Assembly: GCF_963921235.1 (NCBI RefSeq)
Contig: NC_086097.1
Span: forward strand, 189,102,001-189,166,000
Direction of reading: 5' to 3'
Length of the DNA stretch: 64,000 nucleotides
Source: Mobula hypostoma
Lineage: Eukaryota
Made by a program: the position numbers and the translations under genes. The notes beneath the pieces were generated by a model. The model saw only the letters and a program-made list of their open reading frames with translations. It did no database searches and was not told where the DNA came from. Each line of letters opens with the position of its first letter. Within the stretch, counting starts at the first letter, position 1. Below are positions 12,523 to 25,050 of the stretch, piece by piece.

Positions 12523-15060
12523 GATTACTTGTGGGTATCACTGAGTCATGGCTGAAGGAAGGCCATAGTTGGGAGCTTAACATCAAAGGATATACTTTGT
12601 ACTGGAAGGACAGGCAGGAAGGCATAGGCAGAGGTGTGGCTCTGTTGGTATGAGATGAAATTACATCTTCGAAAAAGGTGACATAGGGTCAGAGAATGTT
12701 GAATCTTTGTGGGTGGAGTTAAGAAGCTGCAAGGGTGAAAAAAAACATTATAGGAATCATATATAGTCCCTAAATAGTAGCCAAGATGTGGGTTGAGATT
12801 GCAAAAGGAGCTGGAAAAGGCAGGTAATAAGGGTAATGACACATTTATAATAGGGGACTTCAATATGTAAGAGGATTGTGAAAAATCGGGTTGGTGTCAG
12901 ATCACAAGAGAGGGAATTTGATGAATGCCTATGAGATGGCTTTCTAGAGCAGCTTGTGCTTGAACCTACTTGGGGAAGGCTATCTTAGATGGGGTGTTGT
13001 GTAATAACCTACATCTTATAAGGGAGTTTAATGTAAGGGAACCCTTAGGAGACAGTGATTATAATATGATTGTATTCATCCTGCAATTTGAGAGGGAGAA
13101 GCATTAAGTCACATGTATCTGTATCGCAAGGGAATAAAGGGAATTACAGAGGCATGAGAGAGGAGCTTGTCCTGGTGGATTGGAGGAAGATACTGGCGAG
13201 GATGATGACAGAGCAAAAATGGCTGATGTTTCTGGGAATAGTTCACAGACACAGTATAGATATGTCCCACAGAGGAAGAAGTTCTCAAATAGCAAGGGTA
13301 GGCAACTGCGGCTGACAAGGGAAGTTAAGGACTGCCTAAAAGCCAAAGAAAGGGCATATAAGATAGCAAAAGTGACTGAGAAATTGGATAATTGGGAAGC
13401 TTTTAAAATCCAAAGAAAGGCAACTAAAAAATAAAAGGCGAAAAGATGAAATATGAGGTCAAACTAAAGGTGTTAGTCAAACTCAAAGGTCTTAAGGTGG
13501 ATAAGTCACCTTGGTCAGATACACCACAACCCAGAGTCCTGAGAGAGATAATGGATGCATTGGTCATGATCTTTCAAGAATCACTTGATTCTGGCATCGT
13601 CTCGGAGGACTGGAAGATGGCAAATGTCATTCCACTCATTAAGAAGGAATGAAAGCAAAAGACAGGAAATTATAGGCCAGTTAGTTTAACCTCAGTGGGT
13701 AGGAAGTGTGGAGCCTATTATTAAAGATGAGGTTTTAGGGTACTTGGAGACTAATGATAAAATAAGTCAAAGTCAGCATGGCTTCTGTAAAGGGAAATTT
13801 TACCTGACAAATTTGTCAGAATTCTTTGAGGAAATAACAAGCAGGGTGGACAAAGGAAAGACAGTGGATGTCATTTACTTGGATTTTCAAAAGGCATTTG
13901 ATAAGGTGCCACACATGAGTCTATTTAACAAGATAAGCTCCTGTGGCATTACAGGAAGGATACTGGCATGGATAGAGGAATGGCTGACAGGCAGGCGACA
14001 GTGAGTGGGGATAAAGGAGCCTTTTCTGGTTGGCTGCCATTGACTAGTGGTGCTCCTCAAGGATCAGTATTGGGACCGCTACTTTTTTACATTGTTTGTC
14101 AATGATTTGGATAATGGAATTAATGGCTTTGTGGCAAAGTTTGTGGATGATATGAAGGTAAGTGGAGGGGTAGGTAGTGCTGAGGAAGCAATGCATTTGC
14201 AGCAGGACTTAGACAAATTGGAAGAATGGGCAAAAAAATGGCAGATAGAATACAGTGTTGTGAAATGGATGATAATGAATTTTGGAAAAAGGAACAAAAA
14301 TGCAGACTATATCTAAATGGGGAGAAAATTCAAACATCAGAAGTGCAGAGGGACTTACAAGTCCTCATGCAAGTCTCCCAGAAATTTAATGTACAAGTTA
14401 ATTCTGTGGTAAAGAAGGCAAATGCAATGTTAGCATTTACTTCAAGGGGAATAGAATATAAAAACAAGAGATAATGCTGAGCCTTTATAAGACACTAGTC
14501 AGACGGCACTTGTAGTAGTGTCAATGGCTTTGGGTCTCAGAAAGGATGTTATCATTGGAGAGAGTCCGGAGGAGTTTCATGAGGATGATTGCTGGAATGA
14601 AAGAGTTAACATATGATGGGCATTTGGCAGCTTTGTGCCTGTACTCACAGCAGTTTAGAAGAAAGCATAGGGATCTCATTGAAACCTACTGAATAGTGAA
14701 AGGACTAGATAGGGTGGATGTAGAGAGGATGTTTCCTATGATGGGGGTATCCAGAACCAGAGGGCACAGCCTCAAAATTGTGGGATGACCTCTTATGAGA
14801 GAGGTAAGGAGGATTTTTTTTAGCCAGAGAATAGTGAATCTGTGGAATGCTCTGCCACAGACTGCAGTGGAGGCCAAGTCCGTGGGTATATTTAAGGCAG
14901 AAGTTGCTCGTTTCTTGATCAGTCAGGGCATCAAAGGATACGGCATGAAGGCAGGTCTATGGGGTTGAGTGCGATCCGGGATCAATCATAATGGAATAGT
15001 ACAGCAGACTCGATGGGCTGAATGGCCTAATTTGTTCCTATGTCGTATGTTCGTGGTCTT
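12523..15060 (+). mobile_element. CR1 copy C, ORF2 to 3' UTR, decayed, with an internal deletion near 13470
   Basis: Starts in the endonuclease (VGITESWL); QHGFCKG, DFQKAFDKVPH and KFVDD motifs; 3' UTR GATGGGCTGAATGGCCT near 15012. Confidence 0.88.
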
Positions 15061-15171
15061 CTACATGAAAATAACTGAGTACAAAAATTACCATTTGTTG
15101 AAATATGGAAGTTTTCACTTCTGCAACCACATTTGTTTTGAAAATTTCAAATTACTAAATTTCCGAGTGGA

Positions 15172-15730
15172 AGCAACACTCACAACACGCTGGAGGAACT
15201 CAGCAGGTCAGGCAGCATCCGTGGAAACGATGAGTCGACATTTCAGGCCGGAATTACTGGAAGTTGGAGGTTGGAGGAGCAACACCTCATATACCGTCTA
15301 GGTAGTCTCCAGCCACTTGGTATGAACATAGAATTCTCCAACTTCTGGTAATTCCCTCCCCCTCCCTTCCCCTCTCTCAGTTTCACTCTGCCCCCTCCCC
15401 CAGCTTCCTATCACCTCCCTCATGGTTCCACCTCCTTCTACTACCCATTGTTTTCCTGCCTATCACCTGCCTGCTTCCCCTCCCTGCTTCCCCTCCCCCA
15501 CCCCTTTGTCTTTCAAATTACTGGTTTTTCAACTGAACCTACCAGCCTTCTACTTCCAACCCTCCCTCACCTTTTTTATAGGGCCTCTGCCCATTCCCTC
15601 TTCAGTCCTGACGAAGGGTTCCAGTCCGAAATGTCGACTCATCATTTCCACAGATGCTGCCCGACCTGCTGAGTTCCTCCAGCGTGTTGCGAATGTTGCC
15701 TTGATCCCAGCATCTGCAGATTATTTTGTG
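15172..15730 (+). mobile_element. Penelope-like element remnant: GIY-YIG C-terminus plus pseudo-LTR, with an inverted copy of the pLTR tip at its 5' end
   Basis: RLEEQHLIYRLGSLQPLGMNIEFSNFW* at about 15267-15351; pyrimidine-rich pLTR; 15172-15254 is the imperfect reverse complement of about 15618-15700. Confidence 0.85.
15604..15639 (+). ncRNA. Minimal type I hammerhead ribozyme (PLE pLTR)
   Basis: agtc CTGACGA a gggt-tcca-gtcc GAAA TG TC gact. Confidence 0.7.
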
Positions 15731-15739
15731 CTTACAGAG

Positions 15740-15925
15740 AGTAGAATGCCTGCCAGGGGTGATGGTAGAGGTGGGTTCATTAGGGATGTCTAGGGTTCTT
15801 AGATAAGCACATGGATGACAGAAAAATGGAGGACAATGTAGGAAGGAAGGGTTGGATGGATCATAGGCTAAGTTTAAAGGTGGGCTGAAAGGCCTATACT
15901 ATGCTGTAATGTTTTATGTTCTATA
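15740..15925 (+). mobile_element. Old CR1 3' end fragment
   Basis: GTGGGCTGAAAGGCCT stem-loop and ATGTTCTA tail as in other CR1 3' ends here. Confidence 0.6.
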
Positions 15926-16932
15926 AACTGCCCTTCCTTCAGGCAAATGACTAAACTCCTCTGTCCGCTTCACCTACACAACATGTTTCTGCATGGACCT
16001 TGATGACTGTGGATTTATTCCAGGTTATTCTGAAGCAAACGCAAACATAACATGCTTGATTGTGTGTGGTACTGTGCCTGTTACGTTGGCATATATAGAA
16101 ATTGATGGACTCATACATACTTCAGACTACTTTGAGAAACTGAGCAATTATTGATTGCACAATGATTTGTTTTCCCTCAATACTCATAACTCTTTGGGCA
16201 CATCTTCTCTACATCATCTCTAGTTCCAGAAGTACCTTTCAGTTTTCATGGTCTTCTAGGGAGTACTCACGGTATATAGTTCAATCATTTTTGCCCTGAT
16301 ATCTATGATATTGTGTCATATATGTGGTTCTATAGCCAATATAACTTTATTGATTACTTTTATGAATAGGTTAAGTCATATTTCTTCCATTAAAATTCCT
16401 TGTTCTTGTCCAGATTCATCATTAGTAATTTCACTACAATTCAATGTTTGCATGTCATCTGATTGTTTTTCCAATGTACAGTTCTTCATAATTGTATTCA
16501 ATAGATTTTGCATTTAACTTTTAGATTCTCATTCTTTCAGTTCATATGGCAAATTGAAATTGAGTTACCGAGTGGCACCTGCAAGGAATGCCAGCTGTGG
16601 TGTTTAGAATAATTCTTGGAAGACTTAAAAGTTAAACTTTTCTTCAGTCACATAATTAAGGAATAAAATAGAAATGAGCTGAAATGAGCCAAAAACTGAT
16701 TTTATTCTCGCTTCTCTTTTATATCATAATCTACTGATATAGGTCAGTAGCACACAATTTGGGCAAGTTTTTTTTAGCACTGGTGAGTGGCAGAATCCTT
16801 CAACTAGTTGAAATGTTGCATGTCAATGTCATGTGTACAAATTTAAGTTAAATTGCATTTGGAGTGGGACTTGTGGGGCAATCAAGTCAGAAGTATTTTA
16901 TCACATATGTAGACACGCTCAGAGATACCTTG

Positions 16933-16952
16933 GTGTGTGTGTGTGTGTGTGT
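16933..16952. repeat. (GT)10 microsatellite
   Basis: Read directly. Confidence 0.95.
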
Positions 16953-17064
16953 GATCCTGCTCGCTCTCCTTTGCACATGCCCTTGCAATAAGCTGCATGT
17001 CTTTTGGATCAGAACTGGATAAGTTGCAGGATAAAGAATATACCAATATTTTGGATTTTTAAAA

Positions 17065-17214
17065 TTTTAAAGATTAGCTTTATTTTCCACATGTATATTG
17101 AAACATTGAAACATATAGCGAAATGCATTGTTTTGTGTCAACAACCAACGCAGTCAGAGGATTGCACTGGGGTAGCCGACGAGTGTCACCACACTTCCAG
17201 CCCCAACATAGTGT
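17065..17214 (-). mobile_element. SINE 3' half, separated from its head (20583-20772) by the Gypsy insertion
   Basis: Reverse-complement similarity to 20838-20995; the sequence continues at 20583. Confidence 0.65.
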
Positions 17215-20200
17215 TGTTTATCGCAAATAAAATGGCAGAGGTGTTTTAAGTTTAAGAGAAACCATAACAACTCCTTTATTGTCAACCAAATACCAAACAT
17301 ATAGTGTGGTAAAACCTTCACGTCATTACATCATCACGTCAGACCAGCTTCTTAAAGTGAATCCCAACTTAATGTTGGTGGTTCTGAATTATGCATATGT
17401 TTCCATCTCTTACATCAGCCTGCACAGACACCCCAGAATTCACTAAAATCGGCACTGTGAGCCTGAACAGAGCTCAGACGAACCACCTGGCTCGGGTCTT
17501 ATGTTCCATGGGTGGGGGAACAGCAGGTGCCTCTGGTTCATCCAGAGGTGTTTTGACATACTCACGGTCATGTCGTGACACCAGGGGCATGGAAGCGGAA
17601 TCCTCCAAATCTTGGTGGGCCAGCTTAAGGCGATCTACCAAACTACATTCAGGTTCACCCCTCCTATCTATGGTAAAAGTCTTTTCTCTTCGTTCCAAAA
17701 TGTGGAACAGGTCTTAAGTAGGCCTAAGGGGGTGCACTCTAAGGCCATGCCACACAAACTTTAGTCAACCAGTCTATGTGAGGCCTTCCGGCCTGGATGC
17801 GAAAGGCTGTGAATGGAGTTAAAAACAGTCTGCCTCCAGTTTGTGGGCACTATGGGGCGATGGCGACATTTGAGACAATGCACAGGAGAGAAACCTTAGC
17901 TTCCCTGAACTTAATGTCAGCTAACCGCACGCCTCTGACTGCTATTTGGCAAACCTGGACCTCAGGATCAGTAGCTTGGTCGGTTGCCATGCTGCCATAG
18001 TCAGCCTGATGTGTATGGTCTCAACAACTGGCCGTGAGAGGCAATCAGCCACAGTATTATTTTGTCAGTCATGTAGGCCAGATGGCATTGCTGCCCTGCA
18101 GACCAAGGGTCTGATACTTTGGCCATCACATGCATGAGAGGTTTATGGTCAATGAGCGCTGTAAATGGCAACCCTCCAGTAGAAAATGAAAATGACGGAC
18201 AGCCGGATAGAGACCAAAAAGCTTGCGGTTAAACATGCTGTACTTCCTTTCGGAGGGATGGAGCTGCCGGCTGAAGAAGGCAAGCTACTGCCACACACCT
18301 CCGAACAACTGTTTATGCACAGCAACCACAGCATTGTCTGAAGAGTCAGTAGTGATGGCTATTGGTGCATTGGGAAGGGGGTGTGCCAGTTGTGTTGTGT
18401 TGGAAACAGCTCACCTGGTGATATAAAATGCTCTGGTCATGTCCACTGACCAATTAAGCCCGTGATTACGGGTACTGACTTTAAGCACTCTATACGGGGG
18501 AGCATAGGTTCAGCAGATCATGGAATGAAGCGGTGATAGAAATTCACCATATCTAAAACTCTTCCAGTTTTTCAATAATGTGGGGTAGTGGGAAATCCAT
18601 AATTGAAGCGACTTTTGATGGGAGGGGTTTTGCACCTTCTGCAGAGATGCAATGGCCAAGAAAGTCAATGATTAACATTTGGATGCACTAGCAACAAGTA
18701 TGTCATGCAGATAAAGAAAAAGAAAATCTAAGTCCTTTCATACAGAGTCCATCAGTTGTTGGAGAGTCTGTGCTACATTTTTCAGCCCAAATGGCATGCA
18801 CAAAAACTCAAAGAAGCCAAATAGGGCTATTACAGCCATTTGTTAGAGTGTCCCCCGAGTGCACAGGCACCTGATAGTAGCCCCTAATGAAGTCAAATTT
18901 TAGAAAAAATTAGCTTCCCTGCTAAATGTGCTAATAAGTCTTGGATGTGTGGGACCTGGTAACAATCGCGGGCGGTGACCTCATTAAGACGTCGGTAATT
19001 GCCACTTGAGAGGCAACCGCCATTGGAATTAGGGACCAGATGGAGGGGTGAAACCTATGGGCTATTTGACTAGTGTACAATATCAACCCTTTCCATGTTG
19101 GCAAAGTCAGCCTTTGCGGCTGCCAGCTTTTCTGTGTCCAGTCTATGCGCAGACATGGACTGGCGGGCCAGTTGTGGAAATGTGGTGCTCGACCCTTGTT
19201 TTGTGACTATAGTTGAGAATATGGGCTTTGAGAGGTTTAGGAATTTGCCCAGAAGTCAAGTAAACTCACATGCAGTGTCACTGACAGAGTCAGTGTGGGG
19301 AAGTTACTGAGGGAGAAGGGTAACAACCCAAAGTCCTTGACATCCATAAGCCGGTAATTTGTAAAATCAATTTATAATCCTTGGGTACATAGGAAATCTG
19401 TACTGAGAAGAGATCTAGCCACTTTAGCCAGAACGCAGTTCCATGTGTAATGTCGCTTACTGAAGCAGAGTGTCACCCGTTGTGACCCATAGGTATGGAT
19501 CCTGCTGCTGCTGGCAGCCTCCAGTGAGGCTTCTTCGCTCTTTGCCTTCTCATCAATAGGCGATGCACACTCATTTCAGCACTCATGTCATATAAGAACC
19601 ATCGCTCTGAAAGGGTCTACGTAATGAACAGTAGATGACCCTTGCATCTGGAACTCATGGTGTTCACAGACCTCTGATGTCCCGATGCACTGTCAAAGCT
19701 GCAAGACGGTCGGCACTTCCTAGTGTTTGTACCAGAGTGAGCGTGGTAAAAGCATCTACCCAGCAATGCCTGTTTCAAAGCCACAGGCGTGCACGTGTTG
19801 GGTGCTCTGCTGACTGGGCTTATTGAGGTAGAGAAAGGAGGAGGAATCACGGCCTGGCTGAGTGTAGTCTATCAGCCATTTTAGCAAGCTTCCTATAGTC
19901 ATTCATGGGTATGTTAGCGAGGGCTATGCAAATTTCCTCAGGCATTTGCTGCATAAAGAGTTCTTTGAAAATTGAACAAGGATGGTGACTTCCCAGGAGA
20001 GACAGCATGTGCTCCATTAGCTCCGAAGGCCTAGCTAGCCTTCCCCAGGCTGGGCATGGAGAGCACCTGTTTGGTGTGGTCAGACTCTGATAATCCAGTA
20101 GTTTGTATGAGATGCGTTTTCAGCATGCAATATTTTTCATGTTCAAGCGGGTGTTCAAGCAGATTCACCACTCTCACTGCCCTGTAACTATGGAGTAATG

Positions 20201-20582
20201 CTACTATATAATACTATATACATCTGGTGTCATCCATGGAGATTTCTCACAGAACGAATTGAGCCTCAGCATGTACAAGCCAAGTGATGGCATTTTGCTC
20301 CCAAAACTCTGGCAGTTTCAATGCGACCACGTTTGCTCACATATTGACGTAACACTGGAATCGTCCTGGAGCATTGGGGTCACCAATGTAGGTCTTCATA
20401 AATAAAACAGCAGAGGCATTTTAAGTTTAAAGGAAACCATAACAATTCCTTTATTGTCACCCAAACACAGAACATAATGAGCAGCAAAAACTTTCACATC
20501 ATCATGTCAGACCAGCCTCTTAAAGTGAACCCCAACTCAATGCCGGTGGTTGTGAATAATGCATATGTTTCCACCCCTTACA
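17215..20582 (-). mobile_element. Decayed Ty3/Gypsy LTR retrotransposon (gag-PR-RT-RH-IN remnants)
   Basis: Two ~200-bp TG..CA direct repeats (17215-17414, 20387-20582). Gag-like HAEAQFVL..YYIVVAL near 20200-20275; integrase C-terminus KTFTIDRRG..SLVDRLKLAH (17474-17698). Many stops and frameshifts. Confidence 0.85.
20372..20385 (-). promoter_or_regulatory. Primer binding site, tRNA-Trp type
   Basis: TGGTGACCCCAATG lies 1 nt inside the 5' LTR and matches the Trp PBS TGGTGACCCCGACG apart from two CpG-type changes. Confidence 0.8.
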
Positions 20583-20772
20583 TTGCCCTGCCTTGCCCAG
20601 AACTTACTAATCCTAATGTTTTGAACATGGGAGGAGACCAAAGCACTTGGGGAAGCTCACGTAGTCACAGGGAGAATGTACAGACAGCAGTGGGATTCGA
20701 ACTCCAATTGGTGATCACTGGTGCTATAAAGCGATTGAGCTGACCATTAAGCTACACTATCTGTGCCACCCA
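20583..20772 (-). mobile_element. tRNA-derived SINE head and V-domain-like core
   Basis: Minus strand reads GGGTGGCAC..TAGTGTAGC..TGGTCAGC (A box), GAGTTCGAATCCC (B box), then TGTACATTCTCCCTGTGAC; homologous to 40627-40671/43641-43905. Confidence 0.7.
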
Positions 20773-20837
20773 GATTATTCTTTCTTGCTCGGCTGCTGTG
20801 TTAGAAGGAAAAATAATGAAAAAAAATTACTCCCCAG

Positions 20838-20995
20838 CATTGTGGGCATGTTATGTTGGCACCGGAAAGTGTGGCGACCCTTGTGGGCTGCTGCCAGCAT
20901 GTTCTTGGCTGTGTTGATTGTTAATGCAAATGACAGATTTTTCTGTATGTTTTGATGTACACATGATAAATACATCCAGATGTGAATCTGAATTG
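20838..20995 (+). mobile_element. SINE 3' tail fragment, same family as 17065-17214
   Basis: TGTGGGCATG..TGTTGGCACCGG..GATGTACACATGATAAATA..TGAATCTGAA. Confidence 0.6.
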
Positions 20996-21259
20996 AAGCT
21001 AAAAGTCGATTCAGTTGCAAAACAAAAAAAAACTTCAAATAAGTGGCTGATTCTGAAAGAAACAAAAGGCACTTCATTGGAAAGGAAGAAATGTCAGTGA
21101 ATCAGACAGTAAGAAATCTATTTAATCCCCATAATTCTAAAGGTTTATTTAGCATTTCAATACTACACAGCTAATTATGGCATAGCTAAAAGGAATTACT
21201 ACCATATATATAATTTAACATGTTTGGCCTGATTTTCCGCTGACTGATGAGTCATCAAG

Positions 21260-21600
21260 TTTCACAGCAGTATAACTGGCTGTTCAGCCCATCATAATGA
21301 TCCTAACCATCATTCTTATCGATACTAATCCCAGTTGCCTGCATTAATTCCATATCTCTATGCCTTCATCATTCAAGTACCTGTTCAGATGCCTCTAAAA
21401 TGCATTTACTGCTCCTGCCTCCATATATCAACTACTATTTGTGTGAAAATTTTTATCCTCCCCCCTCAATCCCTTTCATCTTAAAACTACGCTCTTTGGT
21501 TTTGAACACCCCTACCATGAAAAACTACCATGGGCTAACTACCTAATCAATGCCTTCCATAATTTGATATACCTGCCTGATCTTCCCAAGAACCACAGTG
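21260..21600 (-). mobile_element. Old CR1 3' fragment
   Basis: Weak reverse-complement similarity to the CR1 3' UTR and ORF2 end. Confidence 0.45.
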
Positions 21601-22914
21601 TTTCTTCTACTCCTGTCTGGGGGCCGGTCCTTTTTCCAAAGGGCCTTCTTACAGCTGATGAACCAGTCCCAACACAACACAAGGTGCATCACTGATTGAG
21701 AGCAAGTGACCATCCAGAATCCAAAAATAGTTCCGATGACCACTGAGTTTGCTCTCACCAGCTGACTGGCTGCCAAAAGCTCAGAATCAGGTTTAATATC
21801 ACTGGTGTATGTCATGAAATGTGTTGCTTTGTGGCAGCAGTACATTGCAATACATTAAAATAATTTAAAATTATTATTAAAAATAACAAATAATTAAAAA
21901 AAAATTACTTAAATGACTTATGACTTATGCAAGAAGAGCAATAAAAAAAATAGTGAGGTAGTGGACATGGGTTCTTTGTCCATTTAGCTGTCACTAAGAG
22001 TGCACATTGATATAAATACAGTGTTTGAAGCAAAGACATGTGGTGTGAGTCATGTTGGCTGCAAATTGGGAACAAAATAACACATATCGTATACAGTGTG
22101 ACCAGATCGTGATGTGAGCTGATGTGCAATGATGATCTAATACATCCCTATCTTTCTCTTTGGAACTCAACACTCCAAACAACCCTTGCACTTCCCTGCG
22201 CACAATCTTAAAGAAGTCAACAACAGGATGACCTGCCTGCCTGTGCAAGTTAATGAAAACATTATATACACACAATTGGTTGATGATTGATTTCTATTAT
22301 CCATTGCCACCATTCTTACTGTATGGTGCTTTCCAGAATGGGGTGTAGCAGGTGCTAAAGGACATAATCCTGGTTTCAAGGCCTCCTGGCATGGTGAGTT
22401 TGTTAAATGAGGAGAGGTTAATCAGATTGGGTCTATACTTTCTTAGGTTTAGCAGCTCTAGGCCAGTGTATGCCTCTCAAAGTCTAACCCTACATCCCCA
22501 TCCCGAGAAGTGGAAATGGGTAAGGGATCTGGTGAAGCTGTATAGGTCAATCCTCTGTGCAATGGGTATAATGGATTACAGAAACATTAATGAACTCCAA
22601 CCATGCCATTGTCTTTGGACGATGGAGACTGCAGGTCATCAATGGCCTACGCTTCACTGGGAGCTAAGGGCCCGAGAAAAAAAAGGCCAGTATATAGTCA
22701 ATTACCTCCTGTCCAAGTCCCATAGGATTGAGCATTATTCAGACAAAGAATAAATTAAGACCATACATCTATTTATTCTGTAGCCAATGCAGTCATTAAA
22801 TGTTGGTTTTAAGATATATCATGTTTGGATTTACAGGACTGATTGGATTTCTCGCAACATAAATATTTCTAGAGCAGTTTCTTGCTTCATGAAGTTCTGA
22901 TTTTGAATGTTTTC

Positions 22915-23738
22915 AGATCAAAAATTTAGCTGAGTGGTGCCACAACAACAACCTCTCACTCAATGCCAGCAAGACCATCTTTAAATTCCTTGGTTTTATC
23001 ATTTCCGAGGATCTGTCCTGGGCCCAGCACCTAAGTACAATTATGAAGAAAGCACAGCAGCACCTCTAATTCCTTAGAAATTTGTGAAGGTTTGGCATGA
23101 TGTAAAAATTTGACAAACGTCAATATGTATGTGATGGAGAGTATATTGACTGGTTGCATCATGTTCTGATATGGAAATACCAGTGCCTTTGAACAGAAAA
23201 TCCCACAATAGGTAGTAAGTATAGCCCAGACCATCATGGGTAAAGCCCTCCCATCCATGGAGCACATCTACATGTAGCGCCATTGCAGGAAAGCTGCATC
23301 CATCATCAGTGACGCTCACCATTCAGTCCATGCTCTCTTGTTGCTGCTGCCATCAGGAAGAAGGAACAGGAGCCTCAGGACCGACACCACCAAGTTCAGG
23401 AACCGTTATTACCCCTCAACCAACAGGCTCTTGAACCAGTGGGGGTAACTTCACTCAATTTCACTCACCAAATCACTGAACCGTTCCTACAGCCTATGGA
23501 TTCACTTTCAAGGATCTTTCATCTCATGTTCTCGATATTTATTGCTTTTTCTCTCTTTCGTATTTGCACAGTTTGTTGAGTTTTGCACATTAGTTGCTAG
23601 TTTGTCCTGTTTGGTGTGGTCTTTTATTGATTCTATTGTGTTTCTTGGATTTACTGAGTTTGCCCATAAGAAAATGAATATCAGGGTTGTATATGGTGAC
23701 ATGTATGTATGTTGATAAATTTATGTTGAACTTTGAAA
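22915..23738 (+). mobile_element. Rex1/L2-like LINE 3' fragment (DUF1891-type C-terminus), (AACTTTG)n tail family
   Basis: GAGTGGTGCCACAACAACAACCTCTCACTCAATG (EWCHNNNLSLN), EDLSWAQH, ESILTGCI; colinear with 47770-48748 and 44634-45545. Confidence 0.8.
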
Positions 23739-24014
23739 TCCAGTGCTCTGATGGCATCAAGGTATATTTGCCAAGCAATGGTTACTGGAGAGAGATTTGG
23801 AATGTTATCCTAGATGTTTTTGTACTCCAGCTATTAAAGTTAATTGTAGCGTACATGTACTGTCTGGCTCAGATCTACTAACAGTACAAAATAAAAACTG
23901 AACTTTTACCATCTGCCTGGCTCAGCTCTTCATTAGAAAAATATGCAACATGAAAGAGAAATCTGTCTTTTAGCTATTCATCTTAGTTGCACCCTAACAC
24001 AGTTTCTACACAGT

Positions 24015-24540
24015 TGTCACAGTTCCGATCGTTAATTCCCCATTTTCTCCTAAATCCTTTGATTGTGCAATGGTTCTGACTGTTGATTCCCCATTTTCTC
24101 CTAATTTCCTTTGATGGCGACACACCTGGTTTTCATTGAGACCTGCAGCATAAGAACCCCGGCTTTGCACCCACTAATTGCCAGATCGTTGGTTTTGCCA
24201 GTGTGGTAACTAACATTTCCCAGCCGCTTAGGATTGTGTGTTCTAAGTTTTGCTTCAGTACTGAGATTTACCTGTGAAACTCAGTCTCTCCGTGTCAAGG
24301 TAAGTATTCTAAGTTTTACTTCAGCACCGAGGTTTACCTGTGTAACTCCGTCTCTCCGTGCTAAGGAAAGTTTTGTCTGTTGCTTTCCTTTCTACACTCC
24401 ATGTCAAGATAGGTTCTGCTTGCCTCCTGCTTTCCTGTACTCCCTCCTGTTTGCCGTTCAATGTTCACGCCCGCGTCTGCATCCTAACTCAGTCTCCGTG
24501 CCTATGCCCCGTGTTTGGATTCGCCTCACTCGTTGCAACA
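24015..24540. mobile_element. Probable solo LTR
   Basis: TGTCAC..TGCAACA ends; CpG-rich relative to its flanks; two internal tandem duplications (~45 bp at about 24020-24120, ~65 bp at about 24240-24367). No target duplication seen. Confidence 0.55.
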
Positions 24541-24550
24541 GGATGTTATC

Positions 24551-25050
24551 TTTCAAGTCTTTTTTAAAATTATTATTATTCAAAAAAATAACACGAATAC
24601 ATCGAAGTAAACAACACTTACAATGTCTCAAGGAAAAAAAAACATTATTTTAAAGATTGAAAATTTTTGTGATAATAAAAAAAAACCCTACTAAGCAGAA
24701 AGGTGGGGAGAAAAAAACCATTAGGTGTACAACCCTGGAGCCATGCGTCATACAAAAAGCTTCTAAAGATAAACATCAAACCGCCAGCAAGAGGAAAAAA
24801 ATATACCAGAAATTTACAATTAGGTCGTGGAGGAAATCTATCAATTAACTCAAATGATAGTAACAAGAAAATGAACCCCATCTTTTCTCAAAATCAAACA
24901 TAGGTTCAAAGGTTCGACTTTCTCCAAACTAAGACATAGCATCACTTGAGAGAACCATTGTGACAAAGTGGGAGCTGATGTATCCTTCCACTTCAACAAA
25001 ATGGCCCTCCTAGCTATCAATGTAACAAATGCAATAACATGTTGGTCAGA
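24551..25050 (-). mobile_element. L1-clade LINE, 5'-truncated 3' fragment
   Basis: Minus frame reads HVIAFVTLIARRAILLKWKDTSAPTLSQWFSQVMLCLSLEK (fish L1 ORF2 C-terminus). Exact 17-bp duplication TGCAACAGGATGTTATC at 24534-24550 and 25051-25067. Confidence 0.88.
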
